From Antedon mediterranea (taxonomy: Eukaryota > Animalia > Echinodermata), in NCBI RefSeq assembly GCF_964355755.1, contig NC_092676.1:7231888-7295887 (forward strand): DNA of 64,000 nt. Reading direction: 5' to 3'. Below are positions 51,821 to 64,000 of this stretch, in pieces; within the stretch, counting starts at the first letter, position 1, and the number at the start of each line of letters is the position of its first letter. The position numbers and the translations under genes were made by a program. Below the pieces are notes generated by a model, which saw only the letters and a list, made by a program, of their open reading frames with translations, ran no database searches and was not told where the DNA came from.

Positions 51821-52106
51821 TATGTGGAGACCCCGGCCGGCCGGCCAATCCAGACGTATTTGTTTTAAGGGAATGCTAACATAGTTATCAAGTTCATGTA
51901 ATTTTTTAGCTGTGTCAAAATGAGGCCGTGCGACATCTGTGCCCCAAGTGGAACGGTAAGCGGAGCGGAAGATCGACTTATTTTTGTCCCACGAATCGTA
52001 TCTATCCTAAGCGGGTTTCCGCTCAAGCGGCCATCATCCGCTTCACGGTTTGTGTAAATGGTCATATACATTTTACCGTTTACAGCTCGTCTGTGTAAAT
52101 TGGCCT

Positions 52107-52238
52107 TCCAAGTTCCAACACTAGAGGAATCGGGTGTTTTTAGTCGGCATAATTCATCTGGGCACTGCTCAGGGCCCCCATAAGCCCCGGCCCCTGGGTT
52201 TAGTCATTGAGCTCTCATATCCGTTACGCGCGCCACTG
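52107..52238 (-). mobile_element. Partial hAT-type MITE related to 54758-54950
   Basis: Reverse-complement similarity from CCAAGTTCCAAC to GCGCCACTG. Confidence 0.65.
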
Positions 52239-52400
52239 ACGCACGCACCGAGCACGTCCCCGTAGTAAACTCAGACCGATGTATCCAGTATTAGCCAATG
52301 AGTGTGCGTTCTAACTCTATTGGTGCATGTCTTTTAACACGTTTTATTGATTGACGTAAAGATAAACCGGGACCACTTTTACCCCGAAGTTGCGCGATGG

Positions 52401-52621
52401 CAGGGTAGGCCCAGTCTGGGTAGGCCCAGTCTGGGTAGGCCCAGTCTGGGTAGGCCCAGTCTGGGTAGGCCCAGTCAGGGTAGGCCCAGTCAGGGTAGGC
52501 CCAGTCAGGGTAGGCCCAGTCTGGGTAGGCCCAGTCAGGGTAGGCCCAGTCTGGGTAGGCCCAGTCTGGGTAGGCCCAGTCTGGGTAGGCCCAGTCAGGG
52601 TAGGCCCAGTCTGGGTAGGCC
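52401..52621. repeat. 15-bp minisatellite GGGTAGGCCCAGTC(T/A), 14+ copies
   Basis: Directly visible; source of the WAYPD / GRPSL / GPVWV ORFs. Confidence 0.97.
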
Positions 52622-52669
52622 GGGGGCTGGGATTCGTGTCGACTCAAGAATGTGAAGTAATTATCTTTC

Positions 52670-53498
52670 AAATTATTATTATTATTAATATTATTATTAT
52701 TATTATTCTTTATTTCATATAAAACATCAAAAACATTAGACACCACCATGCCACAAGTTACCACTAGTGGCCAAAGGCCAGATTGTGGGTAACTTTTACA
52801 TGCTATGTACCTAGACCAATAAAAATATACAAAATTGAAACATACAAAATAATAAATTATACAAAAATTAGTGAAAATCAGGCGTTAAGCAGGCGGATAA
52901 AATAAGGGATTGGGCTGTTACTGAAACGGGCGGTTCTGGATGGTAATTGTGAAATGTTATTACTATTACGGAGCAACCTCCCATGACTTTCAAACCGTGT
53001 CACCGGTAAAAGATCAGCAGAATGAACAGTCTGAGATATTCCCTTGGCAAATTTGAGACTGTGAGCTATTCTCCTATCAGTAAGGGATGAGATGTTACAG
53101 ACCTTTAGAGCTTTGCCATACGAACTAAAATCCCTTCCCAATATGGTACGGCATGCTCTGCGTTGGACAGATTCTATAGAGTTGCTAAGCGATTTGGTTA
53201 AGCCGGGGTGCCATACAACATCGGTATATTCAAGGAGGGGTCTAATATACCCACAGTAGACAGAGTATAGTTCATCAGGGTTGAAGCCAAATTTCTTTAG
53301 ACTCCTTAAAATAAAAATCTTCCTATTAGCCTTGAGGACAATATCCCCAATATGCTTATCCCATTTTAAGTTATTTTGTAACGTGACTCCAAGTATTTTA
53401 GCATGAGTGACAAATGCTAGTTCGTTACCCCCGATATAAATTTTATTTTCAGGAATATTCCTTTTACTAAAACATATTTGTAGTGCCTGGCATTTAGC
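52670..53498 (-). mobile_element. 5'-truncated LINE (CR1/L2 group) with intact-looking ORF2 C-terminus and (AAT)n tail
   Basis: KILGVTLQNNLKWDKHI..IRPLLEY..VWHP..IESVQRRACRTI..RTARFSNSPIPY*; tail microsatellite at 52671-52706. Confidence 0.9.
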
Positions 53499-54757
53499 AC
53501 GTTAGTACAGTACATTTAAACATAATTATTAACAACAATTGCCTTGATTTGCGCATAGAGATAATAGTCCACTATAAAAATTGCCCAAGAGAATGTTAAT
53601 TTGTAGAATTATTAAACAGTTATTTAACAAAAATGATGCCGCCCTTCATTATGACGGAATTTCTAACGATGGCTGACACTTACAGTCAGTCAAGCATATC
53701 GAATTATAAAAGCATGTCCTTGGATTTCATCTATTGTATTCATTCATAAATCGGATATACTAGGCTGAATAGTTGAATCATAGTCGTCGTCACTGTAAAT
53801 ACAGCCAAGGCTCAAACCGTATGTGAGATCATGTAACAAATTATCGTATGACGACAAGTCAGGCTCAGGGTAAACAAACTGTGAGTTTAATTTAAGTAAT
53901 TTTCTGTTGATTTGTCATAATTACGTCATTAGGTTTGCCCGTGAATGAGATCGGGTAATTAGTGACTGGGTGGGGCGAACACCGACTTAGTTACGCACGA
54001 CAACCGTATACTCAAGTTTGATTGATTGTAAAGTAGGCCTATATGCACTATAATTAGGCCTAAACTAGAAAGACTGTTTTGGTAAAATCATAGAGAGATA
54101 ATCTCTACTATATATAGTATTTATTATGATGGTAGCCAATCAAAGCAACGTTGCAGAATGCGCTTGGTACCGAAAATAAGTTTTGAAACTAAAACACAGT
54201 TATTAGGCATACTATGTTGGTTCGAAAGGATCAACGGTATAAGATAAGTAGGTCTACAAATGCAGTTACATTTTTTATTGAACTCAATTAATCAAAACAA
54301 AATGAGAGTAAAACAGTCGGATTCTATACGCATGAAAAACCATCATTAATTTACAATAATAAAGGCAATTGCTTATTGTGAAATCCAGCGATGCATAACA
54401 ATAGGACTTTGGTGAATCCTTCAATAATCCGTTTAATTCCTGTATATTGTATAGAGGAACTCCTTGTAAAGATAAGGTCTCGCATTTGCCTTTGTAGGAG
54501 TGTAGTGGAACAGTGAAACCACAGGAAGTGTGGTTTCATAATACACGGTAAACAATTATGGGAACTGTTTGTTTACATTTAACCTACCGGCACAGTGTAA
54601 GGGTTTTTACATATTTTTGTCTCCTTTGGAATACCATATTCAAGGGGACACCACCCCTATTAAGAGGACACTTTCCTGTGAAACGAACGAGGGGAAATAT
54701 TTTAACATAACATATACCCCAACTATTAAGGGGACAACCTAATTAAAGGAGAGCGGC

Positions 54758-54950
54758 CAGTGGCGCAACGGGCATGAGCGCTTACTGACTAACCCCAGGG
54801 CCCCGGAGCTATGGGGGCCCGTCAGTTCCCAGAGGAAAACCAGACATTAAAATATGCCGAAAAGGATGAAACACCCGAAGCCTGCGGCGTTGGAACTTGG
54901 AGGGCCACTTAGGGTTCCTAAACTTTAGCCCTCTGCACTATACGCCACTG
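54758..54950. mobile_element. hAT-type MITE
   Basis: CAGTGGCGCA ... TACGCCACTG termini like the 26075 element; target duplication not clean. Confidence 0.7.
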
Positions 54951-56511
54951 GGCGCGACACTTGTTGGGTCTCGAAGATGTTCCTCAGTGGTTCTACTGTG
55001 TTTTACATATCAGAGACAGAGCGGGCCTAAATCCAAATCGTTCTTAATTCACTTAAAATCATGTGCCCATTGTATTATGTGCTATCCTCTGTATAGTTTC
55101 AATCGCTATCCACACCTTGATCGATACAGAAAACAGGAAAAGTCTTAGAACAAGGGAAGCGTAGAAATAAATTGAAACGGAAATACTGTATGAAACAGCG
55201 ATCAATTATTATACACTTGAAACAATATGAAATTAAGTAATTTTTGTATTAGATATTATACAGTTTTAACGAAGAGGTGTCCCCGGTAAAACAATTATAA
55301 ATACAGTATATCAAATTATTACATTAAATTCAATTTAATTTTGCTTTTATTTAAGGTTTAAATCCATAGCACAAGCTACAAAACATATCGCAGCACATAA
55401 GAACAAACATGGTATAACGATATAAATATATATTTGGAAAAAATTCCTTCACTTGCACTGATAAAGGGCAGTGTTGACCGAAAGCTCTGCTAACTTTTCT
55501 GGCTGTTTTACTTATCGTTTTGATTTAGTTTTTCGCTTTTTTTTGTATCTCCATTTAGATCCAGCCACTGATATCCACAGCATTGTCATTTTTTCAGTAA
55601 TTTGCCTTTGGATTTATATTTGAAAAGAAAGCTATATTACTAATTATATTATATTATGAAACATTAACCGGATCAGATCATCTGATGATCTCCATCATTT
55701 TGTAATGAAGTCTGGATAATTCAAATACATTCTCTATTTTTTCAAAATTACAGTAGAATCTCTCTTTTGCGACATATTTGTTTTCTACCACTATACAGTC
55801 AACCCCTATTCAGGGGAGAAATAAAAGGGGATACTTCGTGGCCCCAAAGCATTCTCCTTACTTGTGTTCTATTGCATTAGACACCCTTAGCAAAAGAATA
55901 CGCCGTGTAGCATAACTCTGCACACAAAAAGAAAAGAAAATATGTTTCTTAATTGTGTAGCCTATATGAGCCAACGGAAATACCAATAGATTATTAGATA
56001 TATTTAATAGAAAAGTGACCTTGTTTCAAAATCTAGTTAAATTTCTAACAGGATTATGTTGGTTTTGTTTTGCAGTGACTTCCCGGATATAATCTGTTAT
56101 TGTTTTCAGCAAGGAGTGACCACGGTTATTGTGTTCTGCTTGGGTCATTTATTTGATGGTATGACGCGGTTTTAACTCACAGTCAACAAGAACTTGATGT
56201 GTATACAGTGAGCCTAGCGTGGAAACTGCTTTTAGTAAGTATATAACGTAGATAAGTTAAAAATCATACACAGACAAGGGTTATAAAAACATAACATAAA
56301 ATACTGAGCGAACTTTCTATTCTCACAAAAAAAAGGAGGAAGGAAGCGTCGATGATTTGTAAATTATAAAGCGTCTCATAATTGAATTGTCGACCTTTCA
56401 CACTCGAGTCATGTTGCAACAAACATGAGCAACATTATCAATTTCTTCAATTCCCCCAAATATATGGGAGTCTATTCGATTCTCGGTCAAATTCGGCTCG
56501 CCCTCCTTTAA

Positions 56512-56697
56512 AGGCCGATTTACACAGACGACAGGTGACGGCAGGCCTAATAAAAATATAGAATTTTTGTACTCCTATTACTATTTACACAAATGAAGGA
56601 GGAACAGACGGGCGGTTTCCGCTCAGGATAGATACTACGTGAGACAAGCTACGTGGTTTCCCGCTTACCGTTGCCACTCGTCTGTGAAAATTGGCCT
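56512..56697. mobile_element. MITE family B copy (paralogous copy at 61060-61247)
   Basis: TIRs with TAA on both sides. Confidence 0.85.
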
Positions 56698-56895
56698 TAA
56701 TTCGCATCTGAACTAAATGTAGGACAGCCATACTAATATGTATACGAATAGGCCTACTTTAAAACAAATTACGTCAGCACTTTCCATAATAGAAACGGCA
56801 GCTTATCTGTGGATTGTATTCGGTTTTACAAATTATTTGTCGATTGATAGATATTGTGTTTATTTTCTAGGTGTATAAACCAAAGATCAACGAAA

Positions 56896-58038
56896 ATGTC
56901 GACTGTACGAGTGTTCCGTGATGACCAACTTCCGAAAGTCTTTCACGAACCATTCATCAAAACGGGATATCGAGCATGTGAAACGAGTCTTTCCGAGTGT
57001 TTACGAAGTGCATTATACAGGACGAACGAAACCTTGAATTTTTGGACGCATTTTGTACCATTTTTATACTTCTTATGCCGCATATTTTATCTTAGTTCCT
57101 ACCTCGACTTTCTAAACGATCCGTTCACATGGCCGTTGCTTGGTCAACTTGTATGCTCTTGTTTGTATTTGTCAGCGAGCAGTGTTGCTCATCTGTTTTG
57201 CTGTCTGTCTGAACGAGCCCGTCACGTCTGCTTCTTTTTCGACTACTCATCGCTGGGAATGTACAGTCTAGGCTGCTGCGTCGCCTATAGATTTTACGCT
57301 TTCCCGCACAATTTGATGAACACAAACTACTTCTTTTTATACATCCCTATTGCTGCATTAAACGCTGTTTTCATGTGCACGTGTGGTGCATCCGGTTCAC
57401 GGTTTATGAAAGAGAGTTTATTTCGTCATCTGTGTCGTCTTTCATCGTTTATGTTCCCGTATATATTTTGCAGCCTTCCTCTTTTATACCGCGTAACCGC
57501 CTGCCCAGACGACGAATGTGACGCACCGTCAGTTGTCGTACACCGATGGCAATTCGTCGCGGCCTTTTTCACTGCCTTGATCTACGCATCCCACTTTCCA
57601 GAAAGGTTTGCTCCGGGCAAGTTCGACGTCTTCTTTCACAGTCATCAGCTGTTCCACATTGTTGCCAGTATAGCGACTAATCTACAGGTAGATGCCCTTT
57701 TAATAGACATAAAAGAACGAAGAGATTTCCTTATTGCAACCATTGGAATTCCAACGTTTTGGTATTCGATCGGAATTCTCTCAATTATATTCGGCATAAA
57801 ACTCTTCCTTATTTTGGTGTTTTCAATTAAAGTTTACAGCAAAGCAGAGAATAAACACGTTTACGGTGAAATTGTTGAAAATAGTTGTAGGCCTACTACC
57901 GATCACGGAACATGCGCACACGTTTGCAATGGTGGAAGAAATCTTACCAACGGATCGTGTGTCGTTACCAATAATGGCAAACGTAAAAATAATAACCATA
58001 CACACAAGTCAAGAAAAACGAAGTTGAAAAATCATTGA
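56896..58038 (+). CDS. PAQR5: PAQR-family membrane progestin receptor gamma-like, copy 2
   Basis: Same PAQR motifs; ATG at 56896 downstream of splice acceptor TTTTCTAG (56870). Confidence 0.88.
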   Translation: MSTVRVFRDDQLPKVFHEPFIKTGYRACETSLSECLRSALYRTNETLNFWTHFVPFLYFLCRIFYLSSYLDFLNDPFTWPLLGQLVCSCLYLSASSVAHLFCCLSERARHVCFFFDYSSLGMYSLGCCVAYRFYAFPHNLMNTNYFFLYIPIAALNAVFMCTCGASGSRFMKESLFRHLCRLSSFMFPYIFCSLPLLYRVTACPDDECDAPSVVVHRWQFVAAFFTALIYASHFPERFAPGKFDVFFHSHQLFHIVASIATNLQVDALLIDIKERRDFLIATIGIPTFWYSIGILSIIFGIKLFLILVFSIKVYSKAENKHVYGEIVENSCRPTTDHGTCAHVCNGGRNLTNGSCVVTNNGKRKNNNHTHKSRKTKLKNH

Positions 58039-58429
58039 TTTAACATCAGGCTTCAGAAGCGTTTTTTTTCTTTAATATTTTGCGACGCTGGTCACTAGAT
58101 ATAAATATTATAATAATGATAATTTTTCGCTTTAAAAACTGGACAATTATAGTTATTATCTTTTGTTTTTTTTTATGATATGCAATGTAGCAATAAGACA
58201 ATGCAATTTTTATACCGCTGCGCGATAAGTTGAGGGCGTAACTAGCCCATGTTTTCATAATAACTTAATTAGTTTAATTAGATGTGAGTTTGTTGTGCTG
58301 TATTTAATTCCACACACTTGCCTCTGTTTGGATTGTGCACTTATTCAACAAAGATAGTTATATATTTTCTAACTTTATAAAACACAGAATTTAGCTGATA
58401 TTTTCTACAATCAAAAGTGATGTATTATT

Positions 58430-58760
58430 GGTTCCAACTATAGGACACAACGCAAAGACGTAATTTCAACTCAAGTGAATTGACCAATCACAGAGACAGT
58501 TAAGATGATACATCACCCCGTGATTGGCCAAACTGCTTGTGGTGCGGTTACGTCCTTGTATTGCGTCCTAGTGGGAACCAGGAATAAAGCGTGGTTCCCA
58601 TTAGAACGCAACGCAGTGACGTATCGACGCAAAGTGCTGTATAGCGTAATCACAACGCAATAGTGCTGCAAACATCGTAGGTTTGATTTCACGCAGGCGG
58701 GGCAAACACAATGATTGGAAGGGCATTTTCTTACGTTGCGTGCAAGTGGGAACCAAGCTT
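58430..58760. mobile_element. Two adjacent MITE family C copies (TIR GGTTCCCACTAG..CGCAAC); paralogous pair at 63237-63574
   Basis: GGTTCC.A.TAG ... CTAGTGGGAACC / AAGTGGGAACC inverted termini. Confidence 0.75.
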
Positions 58761-60877
58761 AAGTCATGTAAGGTTGTGGGCATGATGCTTTATCACTGAA
58801 GAAATAAAAGCACGTATATATAAATTAAATTATTAGTAATGTTCAGTAATCATGATACGTCTAAATCAACAAGCATTTATTTTGTCCAATAACTTACATA
58901 GGCCATAAATACAATGCAACACACTCGGACAAACGGCCAGCTTGAACATGTATTCGGTTTTTTTGTGATTTGTATGGTCTAACAATTTAGAACTATACGA
59001 CAGACGGATAAAATGGTAGCCTAATATGACGAGACTAGATGCCAACAATTTAAGTTAAAACTGTTTTTCGGAGGTTATCCTCTCACAATTATACTCGAAA
59101 AGAATGAACTCCATAACCGATCACCTGGAAGAGAACAATGGTAACACAATATGTCATAATCCTTAAATTCAATATTTTAAACGAAGTTTCTTTTACTTTT
59201 ACCAAAAAAATAAAATTTAAATATTTTTTACAGTTAACTTCTTACGAGTAAATCGTATGACAAATCACAAATGAACTAAAAATAATATCGTTATACGTAC
59301 TGTAACAGTTTCACAAAGAAAGTTGTTTACAATAAGACTTATGGTCTAGCTGTTCACACAATTAAACTTTATGTAACAATGTTTTGCTTATGGACACAAT
59401 GACGTCATATCACTACTACATTGTGCATATCACACTTTTATTTATCAATTCCAATTTGTTGTGCAGACAGAGATTAAGAGGTTAAATTGGCATAATGCAG
59501 AACCCAGTAGCTTGGACCTATAGTGATAGTTACAATGTAAGGCGTAACGAATTGGGAAAAGGCCCTTGTTTAGCGCTCCTATGGGCCCTCCAACACAGGG
59601 TTGTTGCATTGGGCTGCTGTGCTCATGCTCTAGAACTCTTAAGCTTTGGGGCCCCTGGGTTTAACCGGATAAAAAACTTCTAGGTGCTTTCGATGGCAAA
59701 AAGACCTTGATCTAAATATCTACATCAGCCTGTTAATCCAACGAACACTATTTATTTAAAAACAAATTTAAAAGGAATCAAATCCGACGTTATTCGCATA
59801 GAATATATTGTAAATACTTATTCAAAACGTGAAATCAGTACAATAGTTTGCCAAAACTAAACAATCGCTTAATCGCCGATTGTTCAGATAGGTCTCGGTA
59901 CGATCAGTAGGTAAAGCTTGGTACGTTCCCACTAGTTGAATTCCCACTATTTTTTAAAAAAAGACAAAAAAAAACTATAAAAAAAATATTATATGAAACA
60001 TTAACCGGATCAGATCATCTCTCATGATCTCCATCATTCTGTCTGTCTGGATAATTTAAATACATTCTTTTTTTTTTCATTCATATTTAAAACAAATTAC
60101 ATTAGAATCTCTCTTTTGCGAAATATTTGTTTTTAACACTATGGTCATCCCCTATTCAGGGGAGACCTAAAAGGGGATACTTCGTGGCCCCAAAACTGTC
60201 TCCTTTCTTGGGTTGTTCTACTGGTATTAGACACTCTCAGCATAAACAATCCGCCGTCTAGCACAACTCTGCACAAAAAAAGAAAATTATGTTTCTTAAC
60301 ACATAATTAGAGCCATCGGAAATACAAATAGATGATTATTAGTACAGAAAAGTGACCTTGTTTCAAAAACTGGTTTAATGGATAATGTTGGTTATGTTTT
60401 TCAGTGACTTATCGGATAGAATCTTTTATATTGTTTTCAGCAAAGAGTGACCATGGTTATTGTGTTCTGTTTGGGTCATTTATTTGATGGTGTGTTACTG
60501 TTTTAACTCACAGTCGACAAGAACTCGGTGTGTATACTGTGAGCCTAAGCGTTGAAGCTGCTTTTACAGTGAGTATTAAAACGTAGATAAGTTAAAAAGC
60601 CGTCAAATTTTACAAAGACAATCAGGAGGTTACCCTTTTGCTTACGAGGGACAGAATGAAAATACTAAGCGAAAATTTAACTTGTTCACGTTCACCAAAA
60701 AATTAGAGGAAGGAAGCGTCGATGATTTGTAAATTATAAAGCGTTTCATAATTGAGTTGTCGACACTCGAGTCATGTTGCAACAAACATGAGCAACATTA
60801 TCAATGTCTCCCTCCAATTCCTCCAAATGGGGGTCTATTCGATTCTCGGCCAATTTCGGCTCGCCCTGCTCCTCTAA

Positions 60878-61056
60878 AGCTTGGTTCCCACTAGAACGTA
60901 ACGCAAGGACGTAAACGCAACGCAAGCGTTTTAACCAATGACAAGCGAAGTTATAGACAGTTAGCAATCACAAGTGAATAAGCCATCGCTTGTGATTGGT
61001 CAATTCACTTGCGTTGCGTTATGTCCTTGTTTTGCGTCGCTAGTGGGAACCACACT
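60878..61056. mobile_element. MITE family C copy, present only in the second duplicate
   Basis: TAA|AGCTTGGTTCCCACTAG ... CTAGTGGGAACCACACT|TTA, absent at the paralogous site 56509. Confidence 0.88.
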
Positions 61057-61442
61057 TTAAGGCCAATTTACGCAGACGACCATCAGTAACGAAAATTAAA
61101 ATATAGAATCGAAATCTATGTTACTCCTTATGACTGGTGGAGAATTGAACGGGCAGTTTCCGCCGCTCAGGATAGACACAGATTCTACGTGAGACAAGCT
61201 GCGTGGTTTTCCGCTTACCATTACCGCTCGTCTGTGAAAATTTGCCTTAATTCGCCTCTGAAATAATGTAGGACAGTTATGTAAATAAATATGTTCTTTT
61301 TTAGATTTCAGCAGCACTTTCTCTTAGAAACAACAGTTTATCTGTGGATCGATTGTAGGCCTATTCGGTTTTACAGATTAGTGATCGATTTAGTATAGAT
61401 GTTGTTTTATTTTCTAGGTGTGTAAACCAAAGATCGACGAAA

Positions 61443-62588
61443 ATGTCGACTGTACGAGTGTTCCGTGATGACCAACTTCCGAAAGTCTTTCACAAACCAT
61501 TCATCAAAACCGGATATCGAGCTGGTAAGACGAGTCTTTCCGAGTGTTTACGAAGTGCATTATACAAGACCAACGAAACCTTGAATTTTTGGACGCATTT
61601 TGTACCATTTTTATACTTTTTATGCCGCATTTTTTATCTTAGTTCCTACCTCGACTTTCTAAACGATCCGTTCACTTGGCCGTTGCTTTGTCAACTTGTA
61701 TGCTCGTGTTTGTATTTGTCAGCGAGCAGTGTTGCTCATCTGTTTTGCTGTCTGTCTGAACGAGCCCGTCACGTCTGCTTCTTTTTCGACTACTCATCGC
61801 TGGGAATGTACAGTCTAGGCTGTTGTATCGCGTACAAATTTTACGCTTTCCCTCACAATTTGATGAACACGAACTACTTCTTTTTATACATCCCTATTGC
61901 TGCATTAAACGCTGTTTTCATGTGCACGTGTGGTGCATCCGGTTCACGGTTTATGAAAGAGAGTTTATTTCGTCATCTGTGTCGTCTTTCATCGTTTATG
62001 TTCCCGTATATATTTTGCAGTCTTCCTCTTTTATACCGCGTAGGCGCCTGCCCAGACGACGAATGTGACACACCGTCTGTTGTGGTACATCGATGGCAAT
62101 TCGTCGCGGCCTTTTTCACCGCCTTGATCTTTGCATCACACTTTCCAGAAAGGTTTGCTCCGGGCAATTTCGACGTCTTCTTTCACAGTCATCAGATTTT
62201 CCACATTGTTGCCAGCATAGCGACTAATCTACAGGTAGATGCCCTTTTAATAGATATAAAAGAACGAAGAGATGTCCTTATTGCAACCATTGGAATGCCA
62301 ACGTTTTGGCATTCGATCGGAATTCTCTCAATAATATTCGGCATAAAACTGTTCCTTATTTTGGTGTTTTCAATTAAAGTTTACAGTAAAGCAGAGAATA
62401 AACACGTTTACATGGTTAACGGTGAAATTATTGAAAATAGTTGTACTACCGATCTCAGAACATGCGCACATGTTTGCAATGGTGGAAGAAATCTTACAAA
62501 CGGATCTTGTGTCGTTTCCAATAATAGCAAACGTAAAAATAAAAACCATACAGACAAGTCAAGAAAAACGAAGTTGAAAAATCAGTGA
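61443..62588 (+). CDS. PAQR5: PAQR-family membrane progestin receptor gamma-like, copy 3
   Basis: Nearly identical protein to copy 2; intact ORF. Confidence 0.88.
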   Translation: MSTVRVFRDDQLPKVFHKPFIKTGYRAGKTSLSECLRSALYKTNETLNFWTHFVPFLYFLCRIFYLSSYLDFLNDPFTWPLLCQLVCSCLYLSASSVAHLFCCLSERARHVCFFFDYSSLGMYSLGCCIAYKFYAFPHNLMNTNYFFLYIPIAALNAVFMCTCGASGSRFMKESLFRHLCRLSSFMFPYIFCSLPLLYRVGACPDDECDTPSVVVHRWQFVAAFFTALIFASHFPERFAPGNFDVFFHSHQIFHIVASIATNLQVDALLIDIKERRDVLIATIGMPTFWHSIGILSIIFGIKLFLILVFSIKVYSKAENKHVYMVNGEIIENSCTTDLRTCAHVCNGGRNLTNGSCVVSNNSKRKNKNHTDKSRKTKLKNQ

Positions 62589-62751
62589 TTTAACATCAGG
62601 CTTCAGAAGTGTTTTTTTTAAACATTGGGCGACGCAGGTTAATATTATTATAGTTTGTTGTGCTGTATTTAATTCCACACACTTGCCTCTGTTTGCATTG
62701 TGCACTTATTTAACAAAGATAGTTATATATTTTCTAACTTTATAAAACACA

Positions 62752-63197
62752 CGAAGATCAGTATCACCTGCCATTTACTCGAACTAGTCTTAAAATGAAT
62801 ACCCTTGTATACACTAGACCTAAACTCTGGAATTCTCTTCCTTTATCTCTTAAAAAAATCTCATAACTGTGGTTTATTTAAACGTCAATTTAAACTATTA
62901 TTGGTTGAAGGTTCTTTGTAAATTCGTTTATTATTGATATATTTGATATTTCTTAAATAATTTATATAATCTATTTTTTACTTGTTTTTTTAGTTTTAAA
63001 CATGTTAAACTTATGTGTTAGAGAAAAGATATTAGTTTAATTGTTGTTTTTTTTAAGTTTCTAATTGTGTTATATTATTTATATTTTATTTGTTTTGTTT
63101 TGAGGAGCCTATTCACCACAAGCTTTGCTTTCTTTTAGGCTCCTCCACTTTATATTTATATATTTGTAAAGTGAAATAAAAAATGAAAATAAAAAAA
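62752..63197 (+). mobile_element. 5'-truncated LINE (Crack/L2-like) 3' end, present only in the second duplicate
   Basis: YHLPFTRTSLKMNTLVYTRPKLWNSLPLSLK, 3' stem-loop GAGGAGCC...GGCTCCTC, A-rich tail; empty site at ~58386. Confidence 0.85.
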
Positions 63198-64000
63198 GTT
63201 TAGCTGATATTTTCTACAGTCAAGTGATGTATTCTTGGATCCCACTAGGACACAACGCAGGACGTAATTTCAACTCAAGTGAATTGACCAATCACAGAGA
63301 CAGTTAAGATGATATATCACGTCGTGATTGGCCAAACTGCTTGTGGTGCGCTTACGTCCTTGTATTGCGTCCTAGTGGGAACCAGGAATAAAGCGTGGTT
63401 TCCATTAGAACGCAACGCAATGACGTATCGACGCAAAGTGCTGTATAGCGTAATCGACGCAATAGTGCTGCAAACATCGTAGGTTTGATTTCACGTAGGC
63501 GGGGTCAAACACAATGATTGGAAGGGCATTTTCTTACGTTGTGTTACGTTGCGTCGCAAGTGGGAACCAAGCTTACGTCATGTAAGGTTGTGGGCATGAT
63601 GCTTGTTCACTGAAGAAATAAAAGCACGTATATGTAAATCAAATTATTAGTAATGTTCAGTGATTATAGTAGGCCTATGTCTAATTCAACAAGCATTTAT
63701 TTCGTCAAATAATTTCCATAGGCCATACATAAACACACTCAGACAAACGGCCAACATGAACATGTATTCGGTTTTGATGATTTGTATGACCTAACAATTT
63801 GGACCTATACGATAGACGAGATACAATGGTAGCCTATAAATAATGAGATTACATGCCAACACTTTTAACTAATTTTGGAGGTTAATCCTCCACAGTTAAA
63901 CTCGAAAAGAATGACATAACCGCTCACCTAGAACAGTGCCCCAATGGTTTTGATCAATACCTAAACAAAAAAAGAGCAATGGTAACAAAATGTTAGGCTT

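Larger units (their letters stand above)
55650..64000 (+). repeat. Tandem segmental duplication: 55650-~59155 versus 59986-window end
   Basis: Collinear non-coding and coding similarity starting at TGAAACATTAACCGGATCAGATCATCT and running past both PAQR copies. Confidence 0.92.

Noticed and set aside
52291-52764. WAYPD / GRPS / GPVWV repeat ORFs
   Set aside because: 15-bp minisatellite open in several frames.

Overview
AT-rich eukaryotic genomic DNA with spliceosomal introns, from an invertebrate animal (a marine deuterostome such as an echinoderm is my inference from gene style, not proven). Left to right: (1) a defective DIRS/Ngaro-type retrotransposon (72-4728, minus) inserted into a decayed LINE, with RT-RNase H, a frameshifted gag, a decayed SGNH hydrolase and no tyrosine recombinase; (2) a ~3,100-aa tandem-DED-NACHT-LRR immune receptor (7815-18928) whose single large exon holds 28 near-identical 174-bp double-LRR units assembled as a mosaic of a few variant blocks, the most striking object in the window; (3) RABL3 (minus) head-to-head with GTF2E1 (plus), with the RABL3 exon-3 splice donor amplified into a 25-bp minisatellite; (4) UBE2J1 (minus) with a 2-kb foldback transposon in intron 1; (5) three tandem PAQR5/membrane progestin receptor gamma-like genes with intronless coding regions. 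MITEs, SINEs, LINE fragments and minisatellites are scattered throughout. All calls come from reading the sequence; no database search or alignment was run.
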